Assembly (NCBI GenBank): GCA_051061375.1
Contig: JBPFDW010000020.1
Span: 139,046-203,045 of the forward strand
Source of the DNA: Methylocystis sp.
GTDB lineage: Bacteria > Pseudomonadota > Alphaproteobacteria > Rhizobiales > Beijerinckiaceae
Reading direction: 5' to 3'
DNA: 64,000 bases
Shown: positions 18,380 to 30,037 of the stretch, in pieces
Layout: each line of letters opens with the position of its first letter
How positions within the stretch are numbered: position 1 is the first letter of the stretch
Position numbers and translations under genes: made by a program
The notes under the pieces: generated by a model
The model's input: only the letters and a program-made list of their open reading frames with translations
What the model was told of the DNA's origin: nothing
The model's database searches: none

Positions 18380-19720
18380 ATGCGCGAGACATCCGTTAGA
18401 GGCCCGGCGATCGACCTCGGAGAGTTCGAACGGCGGCTGCGCGGCGCGCAACAACAAGCTCCTTCCCCGGATGACGATCTTTTCGGCGAGCTTGCGCGGC
18501 TGGTCCATGGCGAGGATCCGGCGGCGGCAGATCCTTACAGCCGGATTCTCGAGGAATTGCATGACCCTCGGGCTGAAGCCCCCGACCTCCGGACGTCTTA
18601 CGACGCCACGCCGGCGGTATCGGCGGAACCGCCTCATTACCTGGAGCCGTCCGTCGAGCCGCCCCCGGACCGCGCCTATTCGGCTGGCGGCGCTCCCGAC
18701 CAGGACTCGACGCCCAGCGAAGAGCAGCAGGCGGCGTATGAGACCGCTTATTACGGCGCCGAAGGCAATTGGAGCGAAGACTCGGCATATCTCGACTACG
18801 GCCATGACGACGGAGATTACGAAGCCCCCTACGAAAGCGGCTGGCGTTCCTGGTTGCGGCCCTGGCACGCCGTCGTCGCGATTTCCCTCGTCGCGGTTCT
18901 GAGCATCGGCTTCGCCTTCTGGCATCGCAGCGGCTCCAACGCTTCTCGCGAGATCGCGACGATCATGGCGCCGGACGGGCCCGTGAAGGTCAAGCCAAGC
19001 GCCGAGACCGAAGCCACGGCGGACGCCAGCGGCGCCGTGGTCCTCGATCGCAAGGAGCAGGCGCCGGTTCAGCAGGTCGTCACCAATCAGGAGCAGGCCG
19101 TCGATCCGACCGTCACGCCGAAAGCGGCGAAGCTCGGCGACGGCCCCGTCGATCTACCGCACGAGCCGCCGCCCGTGGCGGCCGCGCCCAAGAGGGTCAA
19201 AACCGTCACCGTGCGTCCGGACGGAAGCCGGGTGGATGAAGGCGCGCTGCCGCCGGCCGTCGCCGTGGCGAGCCGGCCCGCGCCGGCGCCGGCCGCCGGC
19301 GCCGACGCAACAAGCGCTGCGACCACGACCGCGACTCCCCCGAGCCAGGCGACGCCGACGGCGACGCCGCCGCGGATCGCCAAGCCGAAGCCCGTCGCCC
19401 CGAAGACGGCCGCGGTCGATGAATCGGCGAATGCCGCGCCCGATGCCGATTCCGAGCAGGCGGCCGCGCCAGGCGGGGGCGGATTCGCCGTGCAGTTCGG
19501 CGCAACGGGCAGCGAGGCGGATGCGCGCGCCCTGATGAAGACCGTCGCCGACAAATATCGCGCGCAGCTCGGCGGGCTGAGGCCGACGTTCAAAATGGCC
19601 ACGGTCAATGACAAGACGGTCTACCGGGTGCGCGTCGCCGGCGTGAGCAAGGAGTCCGCCAATGCGATCTGCGGCAAGGTGAAGTCCGCGGGCGGCGCCT
19701 GTTTCGTCGCGGGGAACTGA
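18380..19720 (+). CDS. SPOR-domain cell division protein
   Basis: Single TM, long Pro/Ala linker, C-terminal FAVQFGA...YRVRV...A.A.C....GG.CFV. Confidence 0.88.
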   Translation: MRETSVRGPAIDLGEFERRLRGAQQQAPSPDDDLFGELARLVHGEDPAAADPYSRILEELHDPRAEAPDLRTSYDATPAVSAEPPHYLEPSVEPPPDRAYSAGGAPDQDSTPSEEQQAAYETAYYGAEGNWSEDSAYLDYGHDDGDYEAPYESGWRSWLRPWHAVVAISLVAVLSIGFAFWHRSGSNASREIATIMAPDGPVKVKPSAETEATADASGAVVLDRKEQAPVQQVVTNQEQAVDPTVTPKAAKLGDGPVDLPHEPPPVAAAPKRVKTVTVRPDGSRVDEGALPPAVAVASRPAPAPAAGADATSAATTTATPPSQATPTATPPRIAKPKPVAPKTAAVDESANAAPDADSEQAAAPGGGGFAVQFGATGSEADARALMKTVADKYRAQLGGLRPTFKMATVNDKTVYRVRVAGVSKESANAICGKVKSAGGACFVAGN

Positions 19721-19729
19721 CCGGAAGAC

Positions 19730-20728
19730 ATGCGCGCCTTCATTTGTGGGCTAAAGGGCGTCGCGCTCGATAAGGAAGAGCGCGCCTTCCTGCGCGAGGC
19801 GGCGCCTTGGGGCGTCATCCTGTTTCGTCGCAATATCGATGCGCCCGAGCAGGTGTCCCGGCTGACCGCCGACGTTCGTGCGGCGCTTGGGCGCGAGGCG
19901 CCCATTCTCGTCGACCAGGAAGGGGGCCGCGTGCAGCGACTGGGTCCGCCGCATTGGCGCGCCTATCCCGCAGCCGCCCGTTTTGAACTGGCGGGCGCCG
20001 ACGCGGCCCAGGCCGAGCGGCTCGCCTGGCTCGGCGCGCGGCTCATCGCTCATGACCTGCGACAGGTCGGCGTCGACGGCGATTGCCTGCCGGTGCTCGA
20101 TGCGCCGGCGGAAGGCTCTCACAACATCATCGGCGATCGCGCCTATAGCCGCGATCCGGTCCGCGTCGCGGCGCTCGGCCGCGCCGCCGCGAAAGGTTTG
20201 ATGGCCGGCGGCGTCGCGCCGGTGATGAAACATATTCCGGGGCACGGACGCGCCCGCGCCGACAGTCATTTCGAGTTGCCAGTCGTCGAGGCGAGCCGCG
20301 CGGAGCTGGAGCGCGTCGATTTCGCGCCGTTCAAGGCCAACGCCGATCTGCCGATGGCGATGAGCGCCCATGTGGTCTATACGGCGATCGACCCAGCGGC
20401 GCCTGCCACGCTCTCCAAGACGGTGATCGGCGACATTATCCGCGGCCATATCGGCTTCGACGGGCTGCTGATGACGGACGATCTGTCGATGAAGGCGCTG
20501 ACCGGGAGCTTTCGCGAACGCGCCGAGCGCGCGATTACGGCGGGCTGCGATATCGTCTTGCACTGCAACGGCGACCTCGCCGAAGCCCGCCCGGTCGCCG
20601 AAGGCGGGGGCGAACTCTCCGGCAGGGCGCTGGCGCGCGCCGAAAAGGCGCTGGAATGCGTGCGCAGCGTCGCGGCGTTCAATATCGCCGAAGCGCGACA
20701 GCAGTTTGAATTGGCCGTGACTTGCTGA
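19730..20728 (+). CDS. nagZ: Beta-N-acetylhexosaminidase
   Basis: GVILF.RN, DQEGGRVQRL, KHIPGHG...DSH and TDDLSM. Confidence 0.95.
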   Translation: MRAFICGLKGVALDKEERAFLREAAPWGVILFRRNIDAPEQVSRLTADVRAALGREAPILVDQEGGRVQRLGPPHWRAYPAAARFELAGADAAQAERLAWLGARLIAHDLRQVGVDGDCLPVLDAPAEGSHNIIGDRAYSRDPVRVAALGRAAAKGLMAGGVAPVMKHIPGHGRARADSHFELPVVEASRAELERVDFAPFKANADLPMAMSAHVVYTAIDPAAPATLSKTVIGDIIRGHIGFDGLLMTDDLSMKALTGSFRERAERAITAGCDIVLHCNGDLAEARPVAEGGGELSGRALARAEKALECVRSVAAFNIAEARQQFELAVTC

Positions 20729-20823
20729 CGGCGGTTTTTCCAAGAGCCGGTTTTTCCGATAAACTGTTCGCGAGCAGCGGCTTTTTTAAGCGGCGCCCGT
20801 TGCGTTTCGAGCGGAGGGCTGTG

Positions 20824-21234
20824 ATGGGCAAAGCATTACTATTTCTGATGACCGAATTTGGGTTTTTGACCGTTATTGTTGGCATTATTTCAGGAATTAC
20901 GTGGACGAAAATGACGCTGGGCGCCGCTCTCTCCGTCATTGGGGCCTTCTTTCCAAGTCACAATCGAGAGAACCCCGAAGGCGGCCATGCGAGCATAACT
21001 TTGTTTGGCAATCATGTTACCTTTAAAGGGGCGGCGCGATTTGCCGTGATCGTCAGCGGAATTCTGCTCATTCTCGGCGCGCTGTTTGACAGCGTTTCCG
21101 TATATACCGTGGAAAAAGCTAATTCCTTCGCCGCGCAACAGCGATCGGTAGGTCGTTCGTCGCTGGATTACGAGGACATTTTTAAAGAGTTGTGCGCCGA
21201 ATCGAACAACAAGACTGCAAGCTTCTGTAAATAG
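20824..21234 (+). CDS. Hypothetical low-GC membrane protein
   Basis: GGAGG RBS, about three hydrophobic segments, AT-rich codons. Confidence 0.6.
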   Translation: MGKALLFLMTEFGFLTVIVGIISGITWTKMTLGAALSVIGAFFPSHNRENPEGGHASITLFGNHVTFKGAARFAVIVSGILLILGALFDSVSVYTVEKANSFAAQQRSVGRSSLDYEDIFKELCAESNNKTASFCK

Positions 21235-21535
21235 TAACGCTCCATGCGCTCGATCAGGCGCGATCGGCCAGCACCCCGATGTGCGCGAGCGTCTGGGCGT
21301 CACTCATCTTTGTGATGCTGCTCTCGCAACGTTTGTTCAGGTCTTTAAGATCGGAAATCCTGGTCATCCCTTTTGTCGTTTCGATACCGAGCGGCGTTGG
21401 GGAATGTGGAGGTTTCTCCCTTCAGCGAATTGCCCAAGCGTTGACGGCCCAACCGGCGATTACAATTCGATCAGCTGGTTAACTCGGCGATTGGAGTTCT
21501 TGCCCTTTGCCGGCCTCCAGTGAAATCGTGATAAT

Positions 21536-21786
21536 ATGAAAAATATCACAGTATCACTGGACGACGAGTTCTACCGCCGCGCGCGCGTCAGGGCGGCCCA
21601 GGAGGCGACCTCCGTGTCGGCCGTGGCGCGTCGATTCCTGACCGAATTCGCTTCCGAAGGCACGGAGTTCGAGCGGCTGAAGCGCCAGGAGCAGGAACTC
21701 CGCGCGCAAGTCCAGGAATTTCGTGCTTTTGATCGGCTCTCGCGCGAGAGCGTTCATGAGAGGCAATCGGACACAAAAAACGGTGA
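21536..21786 (+). pseudogene. RHH-type antitoxin (VapB-like); stop apparently lost by a 1-nt change in an A6 run
   Basis: MKNITVSLDDE.YRRAR..AA...TSVSA....FL...RLSRE.VHER; one extra A at 21775-80 restores a TGA overlapping the toxin GTG. As written the ORF runs to 21886. Confidence 0.7.
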
Positions 21787-22191
21787 GGGGCTTTCTGGAC
21801 ACCAATATTCTCCTCTATTCGATCAGCCGCGATCCGTCCGAGGCGGAAAAGCGCGAACGCGCCATCGCGCTGCTGGATCAGGATGACTGGAGCCTGTCGA
21901 CGCAGGTTTTGCAGGAGTTCTATGTTCACGCGACGCGCGCCTCGCGGCCGGACGCCTTACCGCATGAGATCGCCGCTGGTCTCGTGCGCTTGGCAGAGGT
22001 TTCAGGTTCAGGACGTCACACCGGCGATCGTCAACGCCGCGCTCGACATCGAAGCGCGCTATGGATTTTCCTATTGGGACGCCGCCATCGTCGCCGCCGC
22101 GCAGGCGCAGGGGTGCGCGCGGCTTTATTCCGAAGACCTCTCTCACGGGCAGGTCATCGAAAATTTGCAGATTCTCGACCCTTTCCGGTAG
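21783..22191 (+). pseudogene. vapC: PIN-domain (VapC) toxin, frameshifted at ~21988
   Basis: FLDTNILLY and LSTQVLQEFY in one frame; FSYWDA.IVAAA...GC..LYSEDL.HG..I..L.I.DPF in another. Confidence 0.85.
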
Positions 22192-22321
22192 CAGTCCTCT
22201 CCTGTGGACGGCGACTCCAAAGCGCAGGCCGCGCTTGCGATTGCGGGCCTGAGGGGCCAATCTCGCAGCGAGTCGCTCTGAAAGGCCGATTCGGCAAGGG
22301 AAACAGGCGCAAAGCGGTAGA

Positions 22322-23128
22322 ATGGCGCAGGAACTCAGCTTCGACATGGACGAGCGCCGCGGCGCGGGCGAGGAGGCCTTTCTCGTCGACGTCGACGGAT
22401 TCGAAGGGCCGCTCGACCTGCTGCTCGAACTTGCGCGCCGTCAGAAGGTCGATCTCGCCCGCATCTCGATCCTCGCGCTCGCCGAGCAATATCTCGCCTT
22501 CATCGAGGCCGCCCGCCGGGTGCGTCTGGAGCTTGCCGCCGACTATCTGGTGATGGCGGCCTGGCTCGCCTTCCTGAAGTCGCGGCTGCTGCTGCCGGAA
22601 CCCCCGAAAGGCGAAGAGCCGTCGGCGTCCGACCTCGCCGCCGCGCTCGCCGAACGGTTGCGCCGGCTGGAGCTGATGCGCCGCGCCGCCGACAGGCTCA
22701 CCGAACGCGCCCGGCTTGGCCGCGACATGTTCTTGCGCGGCGGGCCGGAGGGCGTCGAGACCATCTCGCATCCGAAATTCCAGGCGAGCCTCTACGATCT
22801 TCTTTCGGCCTACGCCCGCCAGCGCCAGAAGACCGCGACCTCGCGCGTGGTGCTGCGCCAGCGCGCGGTCTGGTCTCTGGCCGAGGCCCGCGAGGCGCTC
22901 GAACGGCTGATCGGCGTCGCGACCGAATGGACCGTGCTGGACGATTTTTTGCTGCATTACTGTGTCGACATGCAGACGGCGCGCACGGTGCGCGCCTCGG
23001 CCTTCACCGCTTCGCTCGAAATGGTGCGGGAGGGGCGCTTCGATATGCGTCAGGACCGGCATTTCGCGCCGCTTTGGGTGCGGCGGCGCGCGCCGCCGCA
23101 AGCGGAAGAATCCGCCGGCGCGTCTTAG
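22322..23128 (+). CDS. scpA: Segregation and condensation protein A
   Basis: FEGPLDLLL.LAR.QKVDL and AADYLVMAAWLA.LKSRLLLP. Confidence 0.96.
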   Translation: MAQELSFDMDERRGAGEEAFLVDVDGFEGPLDLLLELARRQKVDLARISILALAEQYLAFIEAARRVRLELAADYLVMAAWLAFLKSRLLLPEPPKGEEPSASDLAAALAERLRRLELMRRAADRLTERARLGRDMFLRGGPEGVETISHPKFQASLYDLLSAYARQRQKTATSRVVLRQRAVWSLAEAREALERLIGVATEWTVLDDFLLHYCVDMQTARTVRASAFTASLEMVREGRFDMRQDRHFAPLWVRRRAPPQAEESAGAS

Positions 23129-23149
23129 CCCGGATATCTAGGAGGAGGC

Positions 23150-23908
23150 GTGGTGGCGCAGGCTGCGGAGAAGATCGAACTGTTTGACGTGAACAGCGAC
23201 GACGAGCTTGCGCGTCACGAAGCCCGACTGCGCGAAGCGGAGCGCATTGTCGAGGCGCTGCTGTTCGCCTCGGCCGAACCGCTGGACGAAGCCGAAATGG
23301 CGCGCCGTCTCGAAGAGGGCGTCGATCTCGACCGCGTGCTTGAGCGGCTGCGCGCCTATTATGCGGGCCGCGGCGTCAATCTGACCCGCGTCGGCAAGAA
23401 GTGGTTCTTCCGCACCGCCGCCGACCTCAACTGGATTCTCGCGCGCGAACAGGTCGAGGAGAAGAAGCTCTCCCGCGCCGCCTTGGAGACGCTGGCGATC
23501 ATCGCCTATCACCAGCCGGCGACCCGCGCCGAGATCGAGGAGATTCGCGGCGTCGCGATTTCCAAGGGCACGCTCGACGTGCTGCTCGACACCGGCTGGA
23601 TCAGGCTGCGCGGGCGCCGCAAGGCGCCGGGACGGCCGATCACCTATGGCACGACCGACGCCTTCCTGATGCATTTCGGGCTTGAGCAGATCGGCGATCT
23701 GCCGGGGCTCGACGACCTCAAGGGCGCCGGGCTGTTTGACGGCCGCCTGCCAAAAGGCTTCGGCGTGCCGCAGCCGTCCGACGACGCCGCGTTGCGCGAC
23801 GATGAGGAGCCGCTCGAGGACGAGCCGCCTGAGCTTCTCGAGATGGAGTTTCCGGACGAGCCCGAGCCGCTGGAAGCGCCGGAGGAGCCGGAGGGAGACG
23901 AGCTTTGA
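23150..23908 (+). CDS. scpB: Segregation and condensation protein B
   Basis: EALLFAS, LSRAALETLAIIAYHQP.TRAEIE.IRGV and PGRP..YGTT..FL.HFGL. Confidence 0.96.
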   Translation: MVAQAAEKIELFDVNSDDELARHEARLREAERIVEALLFASAEPLDEAEMARRLEEGVDLDRVLERLRAYYAGRGVNLTRVGKKWFFRTAADLNWILAREQVEEKKLSRAALETLAIIAYHQPATRAEIEEIRGVAISKGTLDVLLDTGWIRLRGRRKAPGRPITYGTTDAFLMHFGLEQIGDLPGLDDLKGAGLFDGRLPKGFGVPQPSDDAALRDDEEPLEDEPPELLEMEFPDEPEPLEAPEEPEGDEL

Positions 23909-24029
23909 CGGCGCCGCGTTCCGGCGCGGCGGAGAGACTCGTCCAGTCCTTGTCTTTAAGGCGGCGGACGCATAGTTTCCGGGCAAACGCCGGTCATGCC
24001 GGTTTTCTCCATAAGGAAGGATGCGCGCC

Positions 24030-24266
24030 ATGGGCGGTCTGTCGATCTGGCACTGGATCATTGTCGGCGCGGTCGCGTTCATCTTCTTCGGCGGCAAGTT
24101 TAAGATTTCCGACGTGATGGGCGATGTCGCCAAGGGCATCAAAGCCTTCAAAAAGGGCATGGCGGAAGACGACGTCGCCGATGTGAAGGAAACGCCAAAG
24201 ACGCTGCAGCATCAGGCGGCGGAGCACGTCGACCAAGAGAAGTCTTCGGAAACGAAAAAAATCTAG
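24030..24266 (+). CDS. tatA: Twin-arginine translocase TatA
   Basis: [11 protein letters not shown]....FG...[17 protein letters not shown]. Confidence 0.95.
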   Translation: MGGLSIWHWIIVGAVAFIFFGGKFKISDVMGDVAKGIKAFKKGMAEDDVADVKETPKTLQHQAAEHVDQEKSSETKKI

Positions 24267-24272
24267 CGCGGG

Positions 24273-24397
24273 ACCCTCTCCTTGAGGGGGAGGGTCGCGC
24301 TGAAAGCGCGGGGTGGGGTAACGCGCCCCTGCGCCTCGCCGTCGTCATCCCACCCCGAAGCGCTTCGCGCTTCGACCCTCCCCCTCAAGGGGAGGGT
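24273..24397. repeat. REP/RIME-like palindromic repeat, family B
   Basis: ACCCTCTCCTTGAGGGGGAGGGT ... ACCCTCCCCCTCAAGGGGAGGGT between tatA and tatB. Confidence 0.85.
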
Positions 24398-24419
24398 GCA
24401 GGGCGCCCGAGCAATACGC

Positions 24420-24884
24420 ATGTTCGATCTCGAACCCGGCAAGCTGATCGTCATCGCCATCGTCGCCCTGATTGCGATTCCCTCGAAGGACTTGCCGCGC
24501 GTCTTGCGCTCGCTCGGCCAGTTCACCGCAAAAATGCGCCGCATGGCGTCGGAATTTCAGGGACAGTTCATGGAGGCGATACGCGAGGCCGATCTTGAAG
24601 ATTTGCGCAAGGAGGCGAGCGAGATGCGGGACGCCGTCAAGGAGAGCGTGAAGCTCGGCGGCGCCTTTGATCCGATGACCGAGGCCCGCAAGCATATCGC
24701 CGGCGCGATCAGCGGCAAGCCGCCTTCGCGCGCGACGGACGAAGACGCATCCTTCGTGACGCAGCCTTCGGCCGCTCCTCAGGATGAAGACTTCGAGACG
24801 CGGCCTTCGGCCGCTCCTCAGGATGAGGGCTCTGATTTTCCTGTAAGCGAGCAGGCCGATCCGTCGAAGAAGGCCGGCGCATGA
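24420..24884 (+). CDS. tatB: Twin-arginine translocase TatB
   Basis: MFDL...L.VI.IVALI.I..KDLP...R.LG....K.RRMA.EF..QF. Confidence 0.93.
   Translation: MFDLEPGKLIVIAIVALIAIPSKDLPRVLRSLGQFTAKMRRMASEFQGQFMEAIREADLEDLRKEASEMRDAVKESVKLGGAFDPMTEARKHIAGAISGKPPSRATDEDASFVTQPSAAPQDEDFETRPSAAPQDEGSDFPVSEQADPSKKAGA
24747..24829 (+). repeat. 39-bp tandem duplication of a palindromic repeat arm inside tatB
   Basis: CTTCGTGACGCAGCCTTCGGCCGCTCCTCAGGATGA and CTTCGAGACGCGGCCTTCGGCCGCTCCTCAGGATGA, read as [12 protein letters not shown] / [12 protein letters not shown]. Confidence 0.9.
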
Positions 24885-25663
24885 ACGAGGCCGACGAAGC
24901 CGAAATCGAGGCCAGCAAGGCGCCGCTGATCGAACATCTGATGGAATTGCGCGAGCGGCTGATCAAGGCGCTGCTCGCCTTTCTCGCGATGTTCATCATC
25001 TCCTTCTTTTTCGCCAAGGACATCTATAATCTGCTGGTCATTCCCTACACGCAGGTCGCCGGCCCCGAAGCGCGGCTGATCTACACCGCGCCGCAGGAAT
25101 ATTTCTTCACCCAGATCAAGGTGGCGCTGTTTGCGGCGGCCTTTCTCTCCTGTCCGGTCGTGTTTGCGCAAATCTATGCGTTCGTCGCGCCGGGGCTCTA
25201 TCGGCATGAGCGTTCCGCCTTTCGGCCTTACCTTTTCGCGACGCCGGTTTTTTTCGCGCTCGGCGCGCTCGTCGTCTATTTTCTGGTGATGCCGAATCTG
25301 CTGCGCTTCTTCATCGGGATGCAGCAGGCGAATGAACCGGGCAAGGCGCAGATCGAACTGCTGCCGCGCGTCTCCGAGTATCTTTCGCTGATCATGACGC
25401 TGGTGCTCGCCTTCGGCATCGTCTTTCAATTGCCGGTGGTCCTGACCCTGCTCGGGCAGGTCGGCATCGTCACGTCGGACTTTCTGAAAGAGAAGCGCCG
25501 CTATGCGATCGTGCTCGTGTTTATCGTCGCCGCGATCCTGACGCCGCCGGACGTATTTTCGCAACTTGCGCTCGCATTGCCGGGCATACTTTTATACGAA
25601 GCGTCGATTTACGCCGTGCGCGCCATCGAGAAGAAGCGCGCCGCGGCGCGCGCGACGACCTAG
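24881..25663 (+). CDS. tatC: Twin-arginine translocase TatC
   Basis: APLIEHL.ELR.RL, FVAPGLY.HE, FG..FQLPV and AAILTPPD. Confidence 0.97.
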   Translation: MNEADEAEIEASKAPLIEHLMELRERLIKALLAFLAMFIISFFFAKDIYNLLVIPYTQVAGPEARLIYTAPQEYFFTQIKVALFAAAFLSCPVVFAQIYAFVAPGLYRHERSAFRPYLFATPVFFALGALVVYFLVMPNLLRFFIGMQQANEPGKAQIELLPRVSEYLSLIMTLVLAFGIVFQLPVVLTLLGQVGIVTSDFLKEKRRYAIVLVFIVAAILTPPDVFSQLALALPGILLYEASIYAVRAIEKKRAAARATT

Positions 25664-25776
25664 ATCACGCTGCATTTGGGCGGAACCGCCCACAGGTAGG
25701 CGACGCGATCGATTCCAAAAGTTTAGAGCGCGCTTTACGCGAGAAACCGGTTCCCACTTTTTCGCAACGCGCTCCA
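25661..25776 (-). repeat. Family A repeat, copy 2 (its terminal TAG is the tatC stop)
   Basis: TAGATCACGCTGCATTTGGGCG...CCGGTTCCCACTTTTTCGCAACGCGCTC; reverse complement of copy 1. Confidence 0.88.
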
Positions 25777-25806
25777 TGCATATGCGCAGGCGCGAGAGAG
25801 GCGAAT

Positions 25807-25830
25807 GCCCGCTCCCGACAGGGAGCGGGC
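25807..25830 (-). terminator. Hairpin downstream of the small secreted protein gene
   Basis: GCCCGCTCCC-GACA-GGGAGCGGGC; no clear U tract. Confidence 0.45.
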
Positions 25831-25851
25831 GTAACCACTTCGCCAAGCGCG

Positions 25852-26127
25852 TCAGTCGCAGGTCGCGCTGCAGCCCGAGTTGCCGGTGCTCGCCTTGACC
25901 GAGCCCTTGCCTTCCGCGTCGATGCTGCCGGACAGCGTATAATTGCAGCCTTGGCTCTGGCCGAAGGTCGAGTTTTTCAGTTTGCAGGTGATTCCGTCGA
26001 TGACCAATGTGTGAAAGCCGCCCTGGCCGCCGATCGAGCCGTTGATCTGCACAGCGTCGATCGAATCCGCATAAGCGGGACCGCCAAGGAGCGCGAAAGC
26101 CAGTATTCCAAAGCCAAGTTTATTCAT
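25852..26127 (-). CDS. Small secreted four-cysteine protein
   Basis: GGAGG RBS, signal peptide ending AYA-D, mature part about 70 aa, Gly/Ser-rich with 4 Cys. Confidence 0.8.
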   Translation of the reverse strand: MNKLGFGILAFALLGGPAYADSIDAVQINGSIGGQGGFHTLVIDGITCKLKNSTFGQSQGCNYTLSGSIDAEGKGSVKASTGNSGCSATCD

Positions 26128-26408
26128 CTGATTTTCCTCCAAATTGCTTACGCGGACGGCGGAAGCTGCACCTGCAGCCGGCCGGGCGTCCGCTCTGCCT
26201 GATCCGGCCGGCGGCGTTGAAGACTTTGCCCGGCCAGGGACAAGAATGCAACTATAGGTTGTATTATTTGTGTCGATAGCATGCCCCCGCGCGCGGTCAC
26301 GACGAAGCGCGCCGGCGCTCAAGCGGCGGCGGGCGGCGGCTCGGGCGACATCTCGCCGCTTGACCCCTTCTTCCGCCTGCGGGAGAAGGTGGCGCGGCGA
26401 GCCTCCCG

Positions 26409-28335
<1,927 letters not shown>

Positions 28336-28457
28336 CAAAAATCCCCCGGAGAATACAGCTGAGCGATTTGGCCCATTGTGGACGTTCGGCGTCGAATCGT
28401 CCAAAGAAACCTGGGCCTCGTCAGATCGCCCCAAGCGCGAGCGGAACCGCCAAAATC

Positions 28458-29231
28458 ATGCGCATTCTCATCACCAATGACGACGGCGTCCATGCGCGCG
28501 GCCTGGCGATCGCGGAAGCGATCGCGCGCCAGTTCACCGACGACATTTTCGTCATCGCGCCGGAGTTCGAACAGTCCGGCGTATCGCATTCTCTGTCGCT
28601 CAATGATCCGCTGCGGCTGCGCGAGATTTCGCCGCGTCATTTCGCGGTCAAGGGAACGCCGACCGATTGCGTGATCATGGGCGTGCGCAAGCTCATGCTC
28701 GATCATCCGCCCGATCTCCTGATTTCCGGCGTCAATTGCGGCCAGAATGTCGCCGAGGACGTCTCCTATTCCGGCACTATCGCCGGCGCGATGGAGGGGA
28801 CAATTCTGGGCATTCCGTCGATCGCGCTCTCGCAGGTCTATGATTTCTTCGCGAGCCGCCGCACCATCCACTGGGATTGCGCCGAGACGCATGGCGCCGA
28901 TGTCGTTGGCCGCTTGCTCGCGGCGGGAATCCCGAAGAACGTGCTGATGAATGTGAACTTCCCCCATTGCCCGGCGCAGGAGGTCGCGGGCGTCGCGATC
29001 ACCATGCAGGGCAGGCGCAGCAGCGACATCATGAGGATCGAGGACCGCAAGGACGGCCGCGGCAATCCCTATCACTGGATTTCCTTTCAGCGCGGCGATT
29101 TCAGGCCGGGCCAGGGCACCGATCTCATGGCGCTTGAAGACAGGAAAATCTCGATCACGCCGCTGCAGCTCGACTTCACCGATCACCCGACCGTGACGCG
29201 GCTCGCGGCCGAATTCGAGGGCGAAAAATGA
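28458..29231 (+). CDS. surE: 5'/3'-nucleotidase SurE
   Basis: MRILITNDDG, GTPTDCV and SGVN.G.N...DV.YSGT.AGA.EG. Confidence 0.97.
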   Translation: MRILITNDDGVHARGLAIAEAIARQFTDDIFVIAPEFEQSGVSHSLSLNDPLRLREISPRHFAVKGTPTDCVIMGVRKLMLDHPPDLLISGVNCGQNVAEDVSYSGTIAGAMEGTILGIPSIALSQVYDFFASRRTIHWDCAETHGADVVGRLLAAGIPKNVLMNVNFPHCPAQEVAGVAITMQGRRSSDIMRIEDRKDGRGNPYHWISFQRGDFRPGQGTDLMALEDRKISITPLQLDFTDHPTVTRLAAEFEGEK

Positions 29232-29914
29232 CGGGCGAGCGCGGCGCGCAGAGCGCCGCCGAATTCGAAGAACGCGCGGCGCTGCTGCTGACGCTGCGTC
29301 AGGGCGGCGTGCGCGATCTTTCGGTCTTGCGGGCGATGGAGGCGACGCCGCGCGAGGCTTTCGCGCCCTATCGATTCCGCGACCTCGCCAATCGCAACCT
29401 CTCCCTGCCGATCGGCTGCGGCCAGACCATGTCGCGCCCGGTCGATCTCGCCCGGCGGCTCGAGGCGCTCAAGGTCGGCCGCGGCCATCGGGTGCTGGAG
29501 GTCGGGGCAGGGTCCGGCTATGGCGCGGCGGCGCTGGCGCAGCTCGCGCGCGAGGTCGTCAGTCTCGAACGCTTCGAGACGCTTGCGATCGAAGCGTCGC
29601 GGCGCCTCGCCGCCCATGGCGCGACATTCGCCAAGGCGGTTTTTGCCGATGGCCTCGATCCCCCTCGCGAACTGGGGCGTTTCGATCGGATCATCGTGCA
29701 GGCGTCGGTCGGCGCCGCGCCGGCGGCGCTCATCCAATTGCTCGCGCCGGGCGGGGTCATGCTCTTCGCCCGCAGGGCGCATGCGATGGCCGGCGCGCGC
29801 GCCAAGGAACGATTGATCAAGCTTGATCGCGACGAGGACGGCGAACTGAAGGAGACCGATTTCGGCCCGTGCTGGCTGGGCCCGGCCATTCCCGGTCTGG
29901 CGCAGGCGCTCTGA
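29228..29914 (+). CDS. pcm: Protein-L-isoaspartate O-methyltransferase
   Basis: LPIGCGQTMS.P, VLEVGAGSGY and FDRI; position between surE and nlpD. Confidence 0.9.
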   Translation: MTGERGAQSAAEFEERAALLLTLRQGGVRDLSVLRAMEATPREAFAPYRFRDLANRNLSLPIGCGQTMSRPVDLARRLEALKVGRGHRVLEVGAGSGYGAAALAQLAREVVSLERFETLAIEASRRLAAHGATFAKAVFADGLDPPRELGRFDRIIVQASVGAAPAALIQLLAPGGVMLFARRAHAMAGARAKERLIKLDRDEDGELKETDFGPCWLGPAIPGLAQAL

Positions 29915-30037
29915 ATTCCCGCCCGAATGCTGAAAATTTTCATAGTCGGCGACGTTTCGCGTTCATCTTAAACGCCTCCTTAACCGCCTCGCTGTTACCC
30001 ATGGATCGTTCAATGTAGCGTTCGGGTGGGTCGCGTC

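Noticed and set aside
21723-22553. 276-aa ORF as a novel PIN fusion
   Set aside because: Artefact of the vapC frameshift running into scpA in the wrong frame.
24282-24419. N-terminal extensions of tatB (24282) and serS (26486)
   Set aside because: They translate intergenic repeats; the conserved proteins start at MFDL (24420) and MYDIKW (26549).
29968-29985. Possible CtrA box upstream of nlpD
   Set aside because: Spacing is TTAA-N8-TTAAC rather than N7.
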